From assembly GCA_002269645.1 (NCBI GenBank), contig NIVC01000787.1, positions 1-64,000 of the forward strand: a DNA stretch of 64,000 nt, in the 5' to 3' direction. The position numbers and the translations under genes were made by a program. Of this stretch, positions 12,965 through 26,141 are shown in pieces. The notes under the pieces were generated by a model that saw only the letters and a program-made list of their open reading frames with translations, made no database searches and was not told the origin of the DNA. Numbering within the stretch: position 1 is the first letter of the stretch; every line of letters starts with the position of its first letter. The DNA is from Macrostomum lignano. Lineage: Eukaryota.

Positions 12965-14250
12965 AATGAACCAGAGGCGTTCTCTTGCGACGAACCAGAG
13001 ACGTTCACTCGAGACGAACCAGAGACATTCACTCGAAACGAAATCAGAGACGTTCACTCGAGACGAACCAGAGAAATTCACTCGAAACGAAATCAGAGAC
13101 GTTCACTCGAGACGAACCAGAGACATTCACTCGAGACGAACCAGAGACGTTCACTCGAGACGAACCAGAGACATTCACTCGTAACGAAATCAGAGACGTT
13201 CACTCGAGACGAACCAGAGACATTCACTCGAAACGAAATCAGAGACGTTCACTCGAGACGAACCAGAGACATTCACTCGAAACGAAATCAGAGACGTTCA
13301 CTCGAGACGAACCAGAGACATTCACTCGAGACGAACCAGAGACGTTCACTCGAGACGAACCAGAGAAATTCACTCGAGATGAAATCAGAAACGTTCACTC
13401 GAGACAAACCAGAGACGTTCCCTCGAGACAAACCAGAGACATTCACTCGTAACGAAATCAGAGACGTTCACTCGAGACGAACCAGAGACATTCACTCGAA
13501 ACGAAATCAGAGACGTTCACTCGAGACGAACCAGAGACATTCACTCGAGATAAAATCAGAGACGTTCACTTGAGACGAAATCAGAGACGTTCACCCGAGA
13601 CGAACAAGACGATCGATCACCAGACGTTCACTCGAGACGATCACCAGACGTTCACTTGAGACGAAATCAGAGACGTTCACCCGAGACGAACAAGACGATC
13701 GATCACCAGACGTTCACTCGAGACGATCACCAGACGTTCACTCAAGACGAAATCAGAGACGTTCACGTACTCGAGACGAACCAGACGATCGATCACCAGA
13801 CGTTCACTCGAGACGATCACCAGACGTTCACTCAAGACGAAATCAGAGACGTTCACGTACTCGAGACGAACCAGACGATCGATCACCAGACGTTCACTCG
13901 AGACGATCACCAGACGTTCACTCAAGACGAAATCAGAGACGTTCACGTACTCGAGACGAACCAGACGATCGATCACCAGACGTTCACTCGAGACGATCAC
14001 CAGACGTTCACTCAAGACGAAATCAGAGACGTTCACGTACTCGAGACGAACCAGACGATCGATCACCAGACGTTCATTCGAGACGATCACCAGACGTTCA
14101 CTCAAGACGAAATCAGAGACGTTCACGTACTCGAGACGAACCAGACGATCGATCACCAGACGTTCACTCGAGACGATCACCAGACGTTCACTCGAGACGA
14201 TCACCAGGCGTTCACTCAAGACGAAATCAGACACGTTCACTCGAGACGAC
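12965..14250. repeat. 24-bp minisatellite (ttcactcgagacgaaccagagacg) changing into a 90-bp higher-order repeat after ~13600
   Basis: Tandem units visible; the 90-bp periodicity is seen at 13861 vs 14041 (2 x 90). Confidence 0.9.
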
Positions 14251-14374
14251 AGATAGTGACTCACTCGCTTTCTTGGAAGGAACTACATGTACTGTACATG
14301 CATGGGCTAACTTACAACAATGATTAAATCCAGCTTCTAGGATCGATAGTGCTGGCTTCAGGAACCATCTAGCA

Positions 14375-14960
14375 ATCTAGTGCCCCCCTTCGGGGCGCGC
14401 AATTAGCGAGGAGCAAAAATTATTCATTGAAAACAATTCAAAGGCACATTCTTCACTTTTATAAATCACCTTATTCGAGTAAAGCAAGCATCCTGCAGAT
14501 AGCAAGCATCCACCCAGATAGCAAGCATCCCCCAGATAGCAAGCATCCACCCAGATAGCAAGCATCCCCCAGATAGCAAGCATCCACCCAGATAGCAAGC
14601 ATCCCCAGATAGCAAGCATCCACCCAGATAGCAAGCATCCCCCAGATAGCAAGCATCCACCGAGATAGCAAGCATCTCTGGATGGAAAGAATCCCATACA
14701 TGTAGATACATGTAGCCAGTACCCCCTGTCCCACAAAGCAAGTACCCCCTGCCCCTCGAGAGCAAGCATCCCCCGATAGTAAACATATACCTGATGATTA
14801 GAGAGCCAAAGGGGCCGCTGTACACTCTGTGTGAGGTGCGTATGAGTGCGTGCCTGTGTACAGTATTGGCGCGCTTGTGTGTGCTCTCAGCACTGGTTAA
14901 TTTCGGGACAATGTCGCCAAAGACGTTGAGATGGGGGTGCCTGCAGTACTTCTACAATTA
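14375..14960 (-). mobile_element. Putative non-autonomous Helitron/Helentron-like element with internal 19-bp array (cagatagcaagcatccacc, ~14490-14680) and conserved block copy B
   Basis: The conserved block at ~14790-14960 is shared with 4183-4315 and 33715-33830. At the other end the minus strand reads gcgcgccccgaagggggcactag (GC hairpin followed by CTAG). Confidence 0.4.
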
Positions 14961-15923
14961 TTAACTTTAGTGCGAACTAACCTGCAGTGGAATCTCAGCT
15001 TCCGTTAGCCGGTAATGTCGATAGTAGCTCAGAGTTTCCAGGAAAGACATCTCAGAATGCTCTCTCTCGATCGCTCTCTCTCTCTCACTGAAGTTCTCCT
15101 CCTCCGTTAGTAGAGCTTTCTAAACATTTTGGTTGCTAAGCATAAAAACCTGACTTGAAAAAATTTAAGTAAGGAGCCACGTGTGTGCATGGCTAAGGAG
15201 CATTCCTAACACGCTCGTACTCACCAGAGCCAGCGAAATTCTTCGCAGATTCTTAGCTGTTCTTAGATTTCTTAGCCTCGGGTCTTCTGAGCCCCTGCAG
15301 TGGCTGCAAGACTGAAGCACAGGCCGCATTGGCTTATCTGGTTTTAACTTTGCATTTTTCCTTCTCTATACTTGCAGCGTATCGTTAAAAATGTCACTTC
15401 TCTGTACTCTGCGATGTACAGGCACCGGCTAGTTTATACTCTGTATAAGTCTTTAGTGAGTCTTTAGTGAGACAATAACTTTATCGCCTATTTTGGTCCA
15501 AAATATTGAGAAAGCAATTAAAGTCCATGTCGATAATTTACCAACCAATTAATTAGTGGTGCGAAATTAACAATGGAATTTTGTAGCACCTGTTTTGCGA
15601 TCTTGTGACACAAATCAGGGTGCTGTTTTGATATGAATCAGCGCATTTTGTGGCATTATCAAAATGTATATTGTTGGCTTGTGACACCAATTTAGGACTC
15701 CAATTATCTTAATGGAATGTAATATCAAAAGAAGCATTTAAAAGTGCTTTTATCTATTTAACATTACACGCAAATAGCATTTCAATGAAATCCGGGTTTG
15801 TTGAAATGTTTTTTAAACACGCCAGGAGTCCTAAACTTTTACCAGAAATGCAGATCTGCAACAACCATCAAGGTAAATCACAATTATGATCATAACTATA
15901 CAAGTTAGGTATGTAGGTCAAGG

Positions 15924-18900
15924 TCACATTTTCGACTCAGCTGTAGACGCATTGCCAGATCCTTGATTCGTCACGTGACCATTGCCGTTTGCGTGCTCTG
16001 CGACCTCCTGTAGCTTCTGTTGCTCATGTAGCTGCTGATGCTCTGCTTCTGGGTCACCAGTCAGAGCCGACTCAACCCGCCTGAGCGCTGCTATGCCTGT
16101 CAGCCAGACATGGGATCGGCAAAACCCTGCCATAGTTACCAACGCCAGGACAAAAGCGCTGCACAATAGCCAACCGATGCAGAAGCACTGGATGCTGAGC
16201 GGTTGCAGCAGCAGACTGCACGGCAGGCGCACAGCGTCGGCATAAATCTGGTGCAAGCTGCCGCATCGAACTACGGAGCTGAGGAATTTGGCGCCGATGT
16301 GTTTGCCAATCTGCACTGACCCAGCCAGAGTGCCCAGCATGATGTGCCGCTTGTACTCCGAGGCCGCCGTCTGCACCCACAGAGTTCGGTTCAACAGGTA
16401 CACATCCACAGCCTGCGGTGGAGTGACGCAGTTTTTCTTAGAATGCGTTTTGATTTGTGAATCTGGTTTAAATACTCGTTCGAGCTGGGATACAATGGAC
16501 TATGAAATTCTGAGGACCCGGTGGAATGCTGAGGACCCGATGAACTGCTGAGGACCCGATGGAACGCTGAAGACCCGATTGGAAGCTCTGAGGACCCGAT
16601 GGAATCCTGAGGACCCGGTGGAATGCTCTGAGGATCCGATAGAATTCTGAGGACCCGATGGAATATTTCTGAGGACCCAATGGAATGATTAGGGACCGAT
16701 GGAATGCTTAGGGACCGATGGAATGCTTAGGGACCGATGGAATGCTTAGGGACCGATGGAATGCTCTGAGGATCCGATGGAATGCCGAGATTCTAGTCGT
16801 TGTCACTGCTAATACAAGTGTATACATGATACTGCTGAATGCTTCATACCTGATTTCGCACAATCACTTCGTCAATGACAGCGTTGACGTCTTTCTCAGC
16901 TTCCAGAGTCAGCATCATGCCGCCGACCTCGTTAGCGTAGCGTCGCAAGTAGTCGACCGCAAGCAGACTACGGGCTGCGTTTCGAGAATTCATCGTCGAC
17001 AACTGCTTGACGCTGCTCTCCGATTCTGGCAGCAGTTTGTCCACGCGCTCGTTGAGTCGGCTGAACTCATTTAGCTGGACCTCGAGCTCCGCTGCCGAGA
17101 CTGCTCGAGGCTTGAGCCTTCGTTGTAACTCGACGAAATCGGTGGACGTGTAGGTGCGAAAGAACGGCTTGAGGTTCTGCAGGTCCTCCGTTACTTTTTC
17201 GTCGCGCAGCTGGTCCAAGTTGACTGCCTGCATCTCTCTGATCAGAATAGCGAGTCCTTTGGCCTGGAACTGCTTAGTCTCGACTGTCTTATCCAACACT
17301 GCTTCATCGATGTATCGATCGGCTCCCAATGCAGTTAGCAGTGGCAGATTGCTTTTGCACGAGTGCTGCAAGGCGTACTGAATCGAACCCACAGCCGTGA
17401 TGGGGATTTCAGTGGCGTTCGGATCGCCAGCGCTCCGGGCGCGCAGCTCCGCAAGAACGCCGTTCACTTCCGGCACGAGAAATTCATCCGCCTTGGACTG
17501 ATTCCCCGACGACTGGGTGTCCCACAGGTAGCGACAGGCCTCGGCCTGCACAAAAGCAGTTGCTGTAGACATTGCCGCGTTGAGAACGATGGCCAGTCCA
17601 ATAAGTATGAAGCTGCATAAGTACAGGGTGCCAACAAAGTATTTGGTCCGGGAACCAGTTTTTATTGACTTAAGCACGAACGGGGTAACCCCAGTCGCCA
17701 GGGCAATCGTCGAGATGAAGAACAGCATCAGAATAAACAGGGTGATACCGAATCTTGCACTCTCTGGACCGGATGTCCAGCTGGTGTACGAGTTGGAGAA
17801 CTGTTTCCGGAGTTCACCAAGACCTTCTCTACCTGCGCTAAGCTGAACTTCCATCTCGATTAGCTGCGACTCAATCGAATCGATGAGGAAGGCTGTGGAG
17901 TTCAGCTCCCGGTCGAAGACGGCGCTAATGTTGGCGTTCATCTCGTCTCCGACACGAAGCTTTTGTCGGCGAATCTCCTGCTGACGTGCTGGTGTGTTAC
18001 CGCTACCGTCCAGGGCGCCCACGAGCTGGTAGACGAGCTTCGTGATGTTCTTGGCGTGCGTCTCCAAGCTGCTTGACTGTCTCTTGTCGCTTGACGAAGA
18101 TGCGTTGACTGTTGTCCAGTCATTTCGAACTGCCTGCACCGCTAAAACGAGCTGCATTGCCGCCTGACTATGATTCGAGCACAGGTTGTCGGTACCGTTG
18201 TAGTACTTCCGGCAGGTGTCTTCGTAAGCAAAGAACTGCACATTTTTCAGATCACTCAGAGCCGACTGCAACATCTCCATGGCGATGCTGAGATTCTTTC
18301 CCGAATAGTAAAAATCGCTCATTCGACGAAGCAGCTCGTCGGAGACGGCCAACAGCTGGGCGGCTCCCGTCGACTGTTTGAAGGCGGTCTCGTACGCGAC
18401 CTGAGCTCGAGACTTGAGCTGGTCGGTGAGTCGCTGAGCCTCTAGAATCACCGGGGCTGCCTCAGAGCGAATCTGGTCGCCGAGACCGGCCATGAAGGCG
18501 TCCACCTTGCCCAGTAGGCGGTCCACGCTGCTCGACAGGCTGTCCTCCTTGTGCCCGTCAGACCCAGCTGTCAGGCTGTAGTGCAACCGGAAGTTCGCAG
18601 CCGAGGCCAGGATCAGCGGCATGAGAGTGACAATCAGCAGCAGCAGGCAGAGCACAGCCAGACTGCAGGACACTGACTTGGCCCGTCCCGACTCCCGAAT
18701 CTGCCTCCGGCGCAGTGCCAACATCGACGCGTACGATCCCGGCCTGCTGCGCTCCTCCCTGTCGCGTCGGACAGTCCGCCAGGCGCAGCCGAAGATGCAC
18801 AGACCGAACAGCAGCATTAGAAGCGAGCTGACGATCGCCAGGATCAGCATTGCCAGGCTGCCTCCGGCGAATACGCGGCCTGGCAGGTCAGCCAGCAGGG

Positions 18901-19039
18901 CATCGAGCGCGGCCCCTGTTCCATTGTTCGTCAGCGTCTGCAGCAGGCGTTGCTCGCCAATCAGACGGAACAGACCGCCGTCGAAGGGCCGACCGCTGTT
19001 GAATAAAGCGATGGCAGATTCGTGGACTGCGGTCTCCAT
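15924..19039 (-). CDS. PROM: Prominin (CD133) family pentaspan membrane glycoprotein; N-terminal exon(s) not located
   Basis: Exons 19039-16850 (CAG|GTATGA donor) and 16412-15924 join in phase 0, giving ~892 aa. Hydrophobic segments in the prominin arrangement, AEACRYL after the TM pair, and a C-terminal CGSLHQIYADAVRLPCSLLLQPL followed by a TM. The ATG is immediately preceded by a CAG acceptor. Symbol is at family level only. Confidence 0.8.
16515..16785. repeat. 20-21 bp minisatellite (gaggacccgatggaatgctct) in the prominin intron
   Basis: About 12 tandem units. Confidence 0.85.
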
Positions 19040-19458
19040 CTGTGTTCAGCAATTAGATTTGTATCTAAAAGCCAGGCTAAAGTTTAGTAAGTTTTTTCTT
19101 TTTAAGATAGAGATGTGCATCTAGGAGGACTTACACGACATCTTTAGTCTGTTTTCTGCATTCTAATTACAGCCCTAGCGCCAGCCTCTGTCTATCTCTG
19201 ACCCTCCCCTCCCCGTTGTGTGCGCGTAGACCTTATAATGCACGGAGTCGAAGGGTTAAGGCTAATGAGAAATATTCATATAATATCACGCCAGGTTTTA
19301 ATAAGGCATGCCATGCCATATACGGCCAGTGCATTTGCAACGCCCTCGTGATGAGGAGGGGCGGCACAAGAATTCCCCTTTGGCGCATTCGAACGCACAG
19401 TCACACTTGTCTGTCCGACCCCCTCCACCACCCGCTGTTCTCGACAGAGAAGAGCGCG

Positions 19459-19495
<37 letters not shown>

Positions 19496-20129
19496 TGCGT
19501 GTGTGCATTGAGCTGTCTTAGCTAGTAATGTGCTTTATCTCTTTCTCAACCCTCTCAGATAGTCTACGAGGGTAATACCTCGTGTATAGAGGAACAAACT
19601 CGAATTATAACTTGTTAACAAACTCAATTAGTTTCTTTCGAACCTCTCGGAGATTTATAGGTTATTAAATAATAAATGACGCACGCTTTCTAGGGGGGGG
19701 GTTAAAATTAACTTTTTACCTTTTACCCTAGAAATAAAAACCGCCCCCGATACCGGAAGGACTCGTTGACCTCCAAAATTACCACTAGCACCTGACGCAT
19801 ACTGGAATTCAGAAATTGCTTGAGCCAGCAAAATATTATTTGCTTAACTTTCCCACGCACTTTCCCGCTCATAAAGCAGGTGTTGCATGACCACCTTCTC
19901 GTAGTTAAATATCCGGTATGTAGCACCAAAATGAAAAACTTTTACTTTCAACTCAGTCACGCAACGCAATGGCAGCTACAATATCCTTTATTAACTCGGA
20001 CACAGTGTTACAGTATAAATACACCACTGTATTTGACCGCAAAACGTTATCAATTTCAGGAAAGTTCGAGCTGCCTAACGCGTCTTGATTCGATCTGGAT
20101 TTTAATTGACTGTAAGTTGGGAGCGTACA

Positions 20130-20677
20130 GGGGGGTGTTTCTCGAAACTCACGTAAGTTCTATGGTAAGTTAGATCGTAAGAAAGAAATTTACGTGTAGC
20201 GTAAGTTTGCTCGTAAGACGCTCAAAACTCCTCAAAACTTCTCAAAACTCACTTAGACTTTGCGTGGCTTACGCTGTTCGTAAGTCGTATCTGAAACGAA
20301 AAGTTGCATGTCTATGGTCATAAATCTGTAAATATCTTTACTTTGTCTATCGTAAGTTGCTTTCGAGAAAGACCCACCTTCGATAAAGTTTAACTTGACT
20401 TGGCTTGACTAAAGCTTCACGTACTATGCGATTAGTGTTTAAGTGCGTCTTACGACTGATACCGAGCAGTCGTAGGGTTAAGATCAACCTTACGAAAGAC
20501 CATAGACATACGAACGTTTCGAGAAACAGTCTTTTGCGCAAAGTTACGAACTCGTAAAGTTGCGATCAATCTTACGCATAGCTAGAGTACTTGCGAGCCC
20601 TTCGAGCAACCCGTAAGTGTAGCTTACCCAACTTACGTCTATGGTCGATCGTAAGTTGCTTTCGAGAAAGACCCCCC
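20130..20677. mobile_element. MITE with GGGGGG(T)..TTTCTCGAAA terminal inverted repeats (PIF/Harbinger-like)
   Basis: ggggggtgtttctcgaaa at 20130 and tttcgagaaagacccccc ending at 20677; a second copy of the right end at ~20350-20378. No clear TSD. Confidence 0.55.
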
Positions 20678-20709
20678 AAAACTTTAGGGCGAATTTTGTA
20701 GGAATTTTC

Positions 20710-21510
20710 AGTCCCTATCCAGGAGTTCTCAGTGTCCCTATCCAGGAGTTGTCAGTGTCTCTATCCAGGTGTTGTCAGTTTCTCTATCCAGGTGTTGTCA
20801 GTGTCTCTATCCAGGTGTTGTCAGTGTCTATCCAGGTGTTGTCAGTGTCTCTTACCAGGGGTTGTCAGTGTCTCTATCCAGGTGTTGTCAGTGTCTCTAT
20901 CCAGGTGTTGTCAGTGTCTCTATCCAGGTGTTGTCAGTGTCTCTATCCAGGTGTTGTCAGTGTCTCTATCCAGGTGTTGTCAGTGTCTCTATCCAGGTGT
21001 TGTCAGTTTCTCTATCCAGGTGTTGTCAGTGTCTCTATCCAGGTGTTGTCAGTGTCTCTATCCAGGTGTTGTCAGTGTCTCTATCCAGGTGTTTTCAGTG
21101 TCTCTATCCAGGTGTTGTCAGTGTCTCTATCCAGGTGTTGTCAGTGTCTCTATCCAGGTGTTGTCAGTGTCTCTATCCAGGTGTTGTCAATGTCTCTATC
21201 CAGGTGTTGTCAGTGTCTCTATCCAGGTGTTGTCAGTGTCTCTATCCAGGTGTTTTCAGTGTCTCTATCCAGGTGTTGTCAGTGTCTCTATCCAGGTGTT
21301 GTCAGTGTCTCTATCCAGGTGTTGTCAGTGTCCCTATCCAGGTGTTTTCAGTGTCTCTATCCAGGTGTTGTCAGTGTCTCTATCCAGGTGTTGTCAGTGT
21401 CCCTATCCAGGTGTTTTCAGTGTCTCTATCCAGGTGTTGTCAGTGTCTCTATCCAGGTGTTTTCAGTGTCTCTATCCAGGTGTTGTCAGTGTCCCTATCC
21501 AGGTGTTGAC
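20710..21510. repeat. 23-bp minisatellite (tccaggtgttgtcagtgtctcta)
   Basis: About 35 highly homogeneous tandem units. Confidence 0.95.
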
Positions 21511-21673
21511 TTTAAATCTAACAGGATGTTGTCAATCCCTGTAGCAAGACGTTCCTTTGTCCTGGTTACGTTTCATAAGTCCCCCTGCAACTGGTGCTGT
21601 CAGGGCCTTTCTGTATATCAGTATGTTGTTTAAAAAACCTTACAGGCTTAATAAAGGACTCAACTCAAACGAA

Positions 21674-23144
21674 ATGGCGCTCCGGCCAACACTAGCTTTG
21701 CTCCTAGCCCTGTCATCCGTGCTCACTCTAACAACCGCTGTACCCAGCGACTGGATTGAGTACACTCCGGGCACGTGCAATATCGTCATCTCCTCGCCGC
21801 ATGGCGGCTCCAAGCGGGTGTCCGAAATCCCGGACGACCGAACCGACGGCTGCTTGGACGGTGGCAACGTCTGCCGATGGGAGAAAGGCTGCAGCCCGGC
21901 CGATGGCAGCAAGTGCAGGGCGAGCACCTTCAGGGACTCCTACACTCAAGAGGCAGGTTACCTGTGGCTAATGGTCAGGAAGGATGCTAAAGGATACTAC
22001 GAGCTATGCTCATATTTCGAAGGACTTTAGAGTTCTGCATACAGAAACTTTTTCAAGTACCTTCGTGAAAATCAAGCGTTTAAAATACACGACGGCATTC
22101 CACTGCAGATTGCGGCCATGGTTGTGCAGCACCTTAGCGATACCTACGGTTGCCAGCCACACTTTGTCCGGTCCAACGTGCACCGTAGCAAGATGGACCC
22201 CAATAGGGAGCCGGCCGAGGGCACACAGGGAGACCCTGTCGCTCTGGAGGCCTGGCAGAAGTACCACGACGAGTACATGTCATCGGCGGTGGCCGCCATT
22301 CGATCCCAGTGGGTCAAAGGTCTGGTCTTCGACATCCACGGCCAGACGCATGCTGAGCAGTGGACTGAGCTGGGATACCTGTGCGTTGCATTGTTGCTTT
22401 TAGACACTTTTATTTAGACTCACATCCACTGAGAATGCAGTGTGTGTCTCTAGACATGCACTAACATCCACTGAGAATGCAGTGTGTCTCTAGACATGCA
22501 CTAACATCCACTGAGAATGCAGTGTGTACATCTAGACATGCACTAACATCCACTGAGAATGCAGTGTGTGTCTCTAGACATGCACTATAACATCCACTGA
22601 GAATGCAATGTGTGTCTCTAGACATGCACTAACATCCACTGAGAATGCAGTGTGTGTCTCTAGACATGCACTATAACATCCACTGAGAATGCAATGTGTG
22701 TCTCTAGACATGCGCAAACATCCCCTGAGAATGCCCAACACTGAATTCTCAATCAACCATTGGCGCAGAGTCTCCGGCTACAGACTGGACAACACTCCCA
22801 GCGACCTCGCTAGCAGCAGCATCCGTGGCCTGTGGAGCCGCAGCGGCGCTGACTCTGCCGCCACCAGCAGCCTGCTGACCGGAGCCAAGAGCCTCGGTTC
22901 TATGCTGGAGAAGCGAGGCCAGAAGGTGGTGCCTGGCCCGACCTACCCGTCACCGAACGGCGGCAACTATTTCAGCGGCGGCTACATTGTCGAACGGTAC
23001 GGCTCGCTGGCCTCCGGAGAGGTCGACTCCATCCAGGTGGAAATTCCGCGGGAAATCCGATTCGACTCTGCCCGAAGGGCCGCCTTCGCCGCCGATCTGG
23101 CCGCTTCGATTGACGAGTTTCGAAAGTCGAATGGCTACGCCTGA
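21674..23144 (+). CDS. Secreted N-formylglutamate amidohydrolase-like (Zn-exopeptidase fold) protein, ~308 aa
   Basis: Exons 21674-21952 (GC donor), 22109-22380 and 22769-23144 are phase-consistent. Signal peptide MALRPTLALLLALSSVLTLTTA; motifs IVISSPHGG, RDSYTQE, HRSKMDPNR, FDIHGQTH, ELGY, YFSGGYIVERYG, IQVEIPREIR. Confidence 0.75.
22405..22725. repeat. ~42-bp minisatellite (catccactgagaatgcagtgtgtgtctctagacatgcactaa) in intron 2
   Basis: About 7 tandem units. Confidence 0.9.
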
Positions 23145-23427
23145 GACCGGATGAGCACGAGTATCTCTTGGCGGTGTTGGAGAACCATGGTGAAGGGATC
23201 CAAGAAAGAACTCAAAAAAAATTAAATAGATGATGGGTCAATGTTCCAGCATATATCCGATCATTTTTCTTTGCTTTATCATTCATATTTTTTAGTCGCG
23301 ACTGTACTATAACAAAGAGTTTAGAAGAGAAACAGAGCACAGAGTAACAGTCACAGCTTGTTACAAAACAATTTAGTGGCAAAAAAGGAGAGCCTGCTGT
23401 CTTCTAGAAGAAGCAAAACATAGATTT

Positions 23428-24782
23428 TTAAAACTCAATCTCGCGCAGCAGTTCCGCTTTGCTTTCAACGATGTCTTTGAGCCATTTCTCACGGAATCTG
23501 GTCTCGCCAGGCCGGTGCACGAGCCGGTTGGTCTCGAATACGTAAAATACATCCACTAAGTGGTCCTGGTGGGGGAAAATGATAGATCGATAGATTTATT
23601 GATTGGTTAGTGGCTTGATTGATTGATTGATAACGGACTGATAGATTGATTGATTGACTGGTTGATTGATTGATTAATTAATGGACTGATTGATTGATTG
23701 ATTGACTGATTGACTGATTGACTGATTGACTGATTGACTGACTGACTGATTGGTTGATTAATTGATTGATTGATGGGTTGATTGGTTGATTAATTGATTA
23801 ATTGATTGATTGATCGATTGGTTGGTTAACTGACTGACTGACTGACTGATTAATTGACTGACAGGCAGCTACTCACGGCAGGCTTGATCCTGGACACAGA
23901 GAAGGTGAAGTACACGCAGGCGGTGGCCCTGGGCACCGGCTTCCGTCTAGTCGGCACACTCCAGCGCACCCGGAACCGGTGCCGGTTGTCAAACTCGGCC
24001 GCGTCCTCGCCCAGGTAGTCGATGCAAAAAAGCCAGCTGGCGTCGAACTCCCAAGTTTCCTGAACGAAAAAAGTCACACTTATAAAAACTGTACGCGCAA
24101 AATCAATAAACAAAGAGCGCTGAAAGTTATCGTTCTGTCAGGACGCACTATAGTGTTTTATTTGAAGGCCTAATTCGTAGAAAGCTGCACTGGATTTCTT
24201 AGAAAAGAGATGTTAGAATTTATGCAACGGTAAATTTGTTGGATCGCTAGTGCTTTTGGTATGCTTTTTAGAGAACGCATAGTGATAAACTGGGTTCGGC
24301 CATAGACAAATCGGTCAAGAGAAATAAAAAATCCAGCTTGATTTCAAGTTTAACGATCAAGTTTAACGATTTTCTGCTGCAGGTGTTCATGAGGTTGGCC
24401 TTCAAAAAAACGTTTTTTCCATTTTAACACGAATGAAACTTTAAGATGTCTTTGTCAATCAATTGAATGAATAGCCTCTCAGTTGATTTTTCTCAGTGAG
24501 GCTGCTCACCCGAATGAACTGCTCAATCTTGGCCTCGGCCCTGTCCACAGAGAATTCGCCAATCCTCAGCCAGTCAATGTCTGGCACCGGCTGCTCCGGG
24601 TACTGGCTCAGGTAGGTGCCGCCGCGTTTCTTAATGGCCGAAGCTTCTCTGGAGAGTCCGGGCACCGTGGCCACGCCTTCAACGGCGTTGTCGGTGACCT
24701 CGGCAAGCTGTTGGACGGCGAAATCGATGGCCTGATCAACCAGGTAGTTCGCCTGGCCCAAATACGCGTCGTCGGCGTCCAT
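23428..24782 (-). CDS. AKAP14: A-kinase anchoring protein 14 (AKAP28 domain), 197 aa
   Basis: Exons 24782-24510, 24059-23877 and 23565-23428, all GT-AG phase 0. Motifs IDWLRIGEFS, WSVPTRRKPVPRATACVYF, VFYVFETNRLVHRPGETRFREKWLKDIVESK. Confidence 0.9.
23590..23860. repeat. (TGAT)n/(TGAC)n microsatellite in AKAP14 intron
   Basis: Degenerate tetranucleotide repeats. Confidence 0.85.
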
Positions 24783-25643
24783 TTTTTAAATTTAATTTTA
24801 TTGTTTGCGTGCGAACTGCACTACTGGAATTGATAGTTTAAGTAGTGCAGCGTGAATAATGCGAGTATTTTACGAAAAACACAAAAATTTTTATGTTGGG
24901 TATGCTTTCAACGTTTTGATAAATAAATTCAATAAAATAATATTGTTTACGAATGCAAAGAAAAACTTTGCTGTTAAAACGTTTTTATTAGCCTTTCAGC
25001 TGGTCTAGTGCTAAAAAATTATTTATGATAGAATTGAGATTACTGATTGGTTGGAATTTTAATTCGGAGTGTGAGATTCCCAACTGTGACAACATCGATT
25101 CTTCGTAGATATGGACAAAGTTTGCGTGTAAAACTTCTGTTATTTTCGTAAATCAGAAATAAAAAAATTCAGCAAATTGTCTTAAGCGTCAAAATCGTAA
25201 GCAATATTTTTAAAAGGCTGGACTTCTATAAAAAACGAAATTTCTAAAATCATCATGGAAGCCGAATTCTAATAATCAGTTCAGCTCTGTTGGAGCAAAA
25301 TGTGTTCCATAATATCCATGAAGAGAACATTAACAAAAGAAATTATTGTCGAAATATGTGACATAAACTGGGGTATTCGAGATCGCTCTCGAGGCTAAAT
25401 TGTCCAGCAGTGCAAGAATAACAAACTGGCGTCAAGGTCATAGTGCTTCTGGAAGTGCCGGGAACTACTTGACAGGGAAGCCTTGGAAGCTGAACTTGCA
25501 ATTGTGCAGTCTTCAATAATAAAATATATCGCATAAATCACTGATTGATAGGCAGACTCATAGCTTGATTAATATCCATAATACAAGACTGTAAGCGTAA
25601 CGCTGTAAAGCGATTTAAAGCGAAAAGTCTACTAGGACAAAAT

Positions 25644-25842
25644 GTTGCCACCTGGTTGCTAGGGAGTTTTTCCGGGTAACATAAATTAACGATTGATTAG
25701 GTTAGAAAAGCGTGGTACTTATTAGCAATTACTACAGACTATTAATATGGAGGAGTGGCAAGGTTAACACGCACCGATTACATCGCGTGCAGAGCGTGAT
25801 TGATGCGGGCCGGTTGCTAGGGGAACTGAAACTGGTTGCTAA
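25644..25842. promoter_or_regulatory. Cluster of RFX X-box-like motifs (GTTGCTAGGGAG 25655, GTTGCTAGGGAAC 25813-25825, GTTGCTAAG 25834)
   Basis: Repeated GTTGCT/GTTGCC half-sites ~0.9-1.1 kb upstream of the AKAP14 ATG; AKAP14 is a ciliary gene. Confidence 0.45.
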
Positions 25843-26141
25843 GCTAGTAGGGGAAGGCTTTGAAGAATAGAACGGAAGCTGCGCGCCCCTATGTGAATTT
25901 GAGCTGGTTGGAGTCGACGAGATTCAGTGCAGCAACTTGAGAACCCGCAGTTGAAACTGGCCTACACAACTGTGAACACTCAAAGTCTGTGCAACTATCG
26001 CTAGAAAATATAGAAGAAAGGGAACTCAGCTACGTCAGAAATCCCACTCAAACAGGAATAATGGGCCGGATTAGGAAAATCTAGAGTTAACTACAAAACG
26101 AACAAATCAATTCAAAAGCATGTTTTACAAGCTGTGGCAAA

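Noticed and set aside
12884-14327. ORFs of 65-223 aa over the 24/90-bp array
   Set aside because: Repeat-derived, open in several frames on both strands.
19215-19259. piggyBac-like end (…cgaaggg|TTAA)
   Set aside because: No matching opposite end or second TTAA boundary found.
20641-21633. 330-aa Cys/Val/Ser-rich ORF (SRCCQCLYPGVV repeats) resembling a keratin-associated or metallothionein-like protein
   Set aside because: All three frames are open because the 23-bp unit lacks stops; it is a minisatellite.
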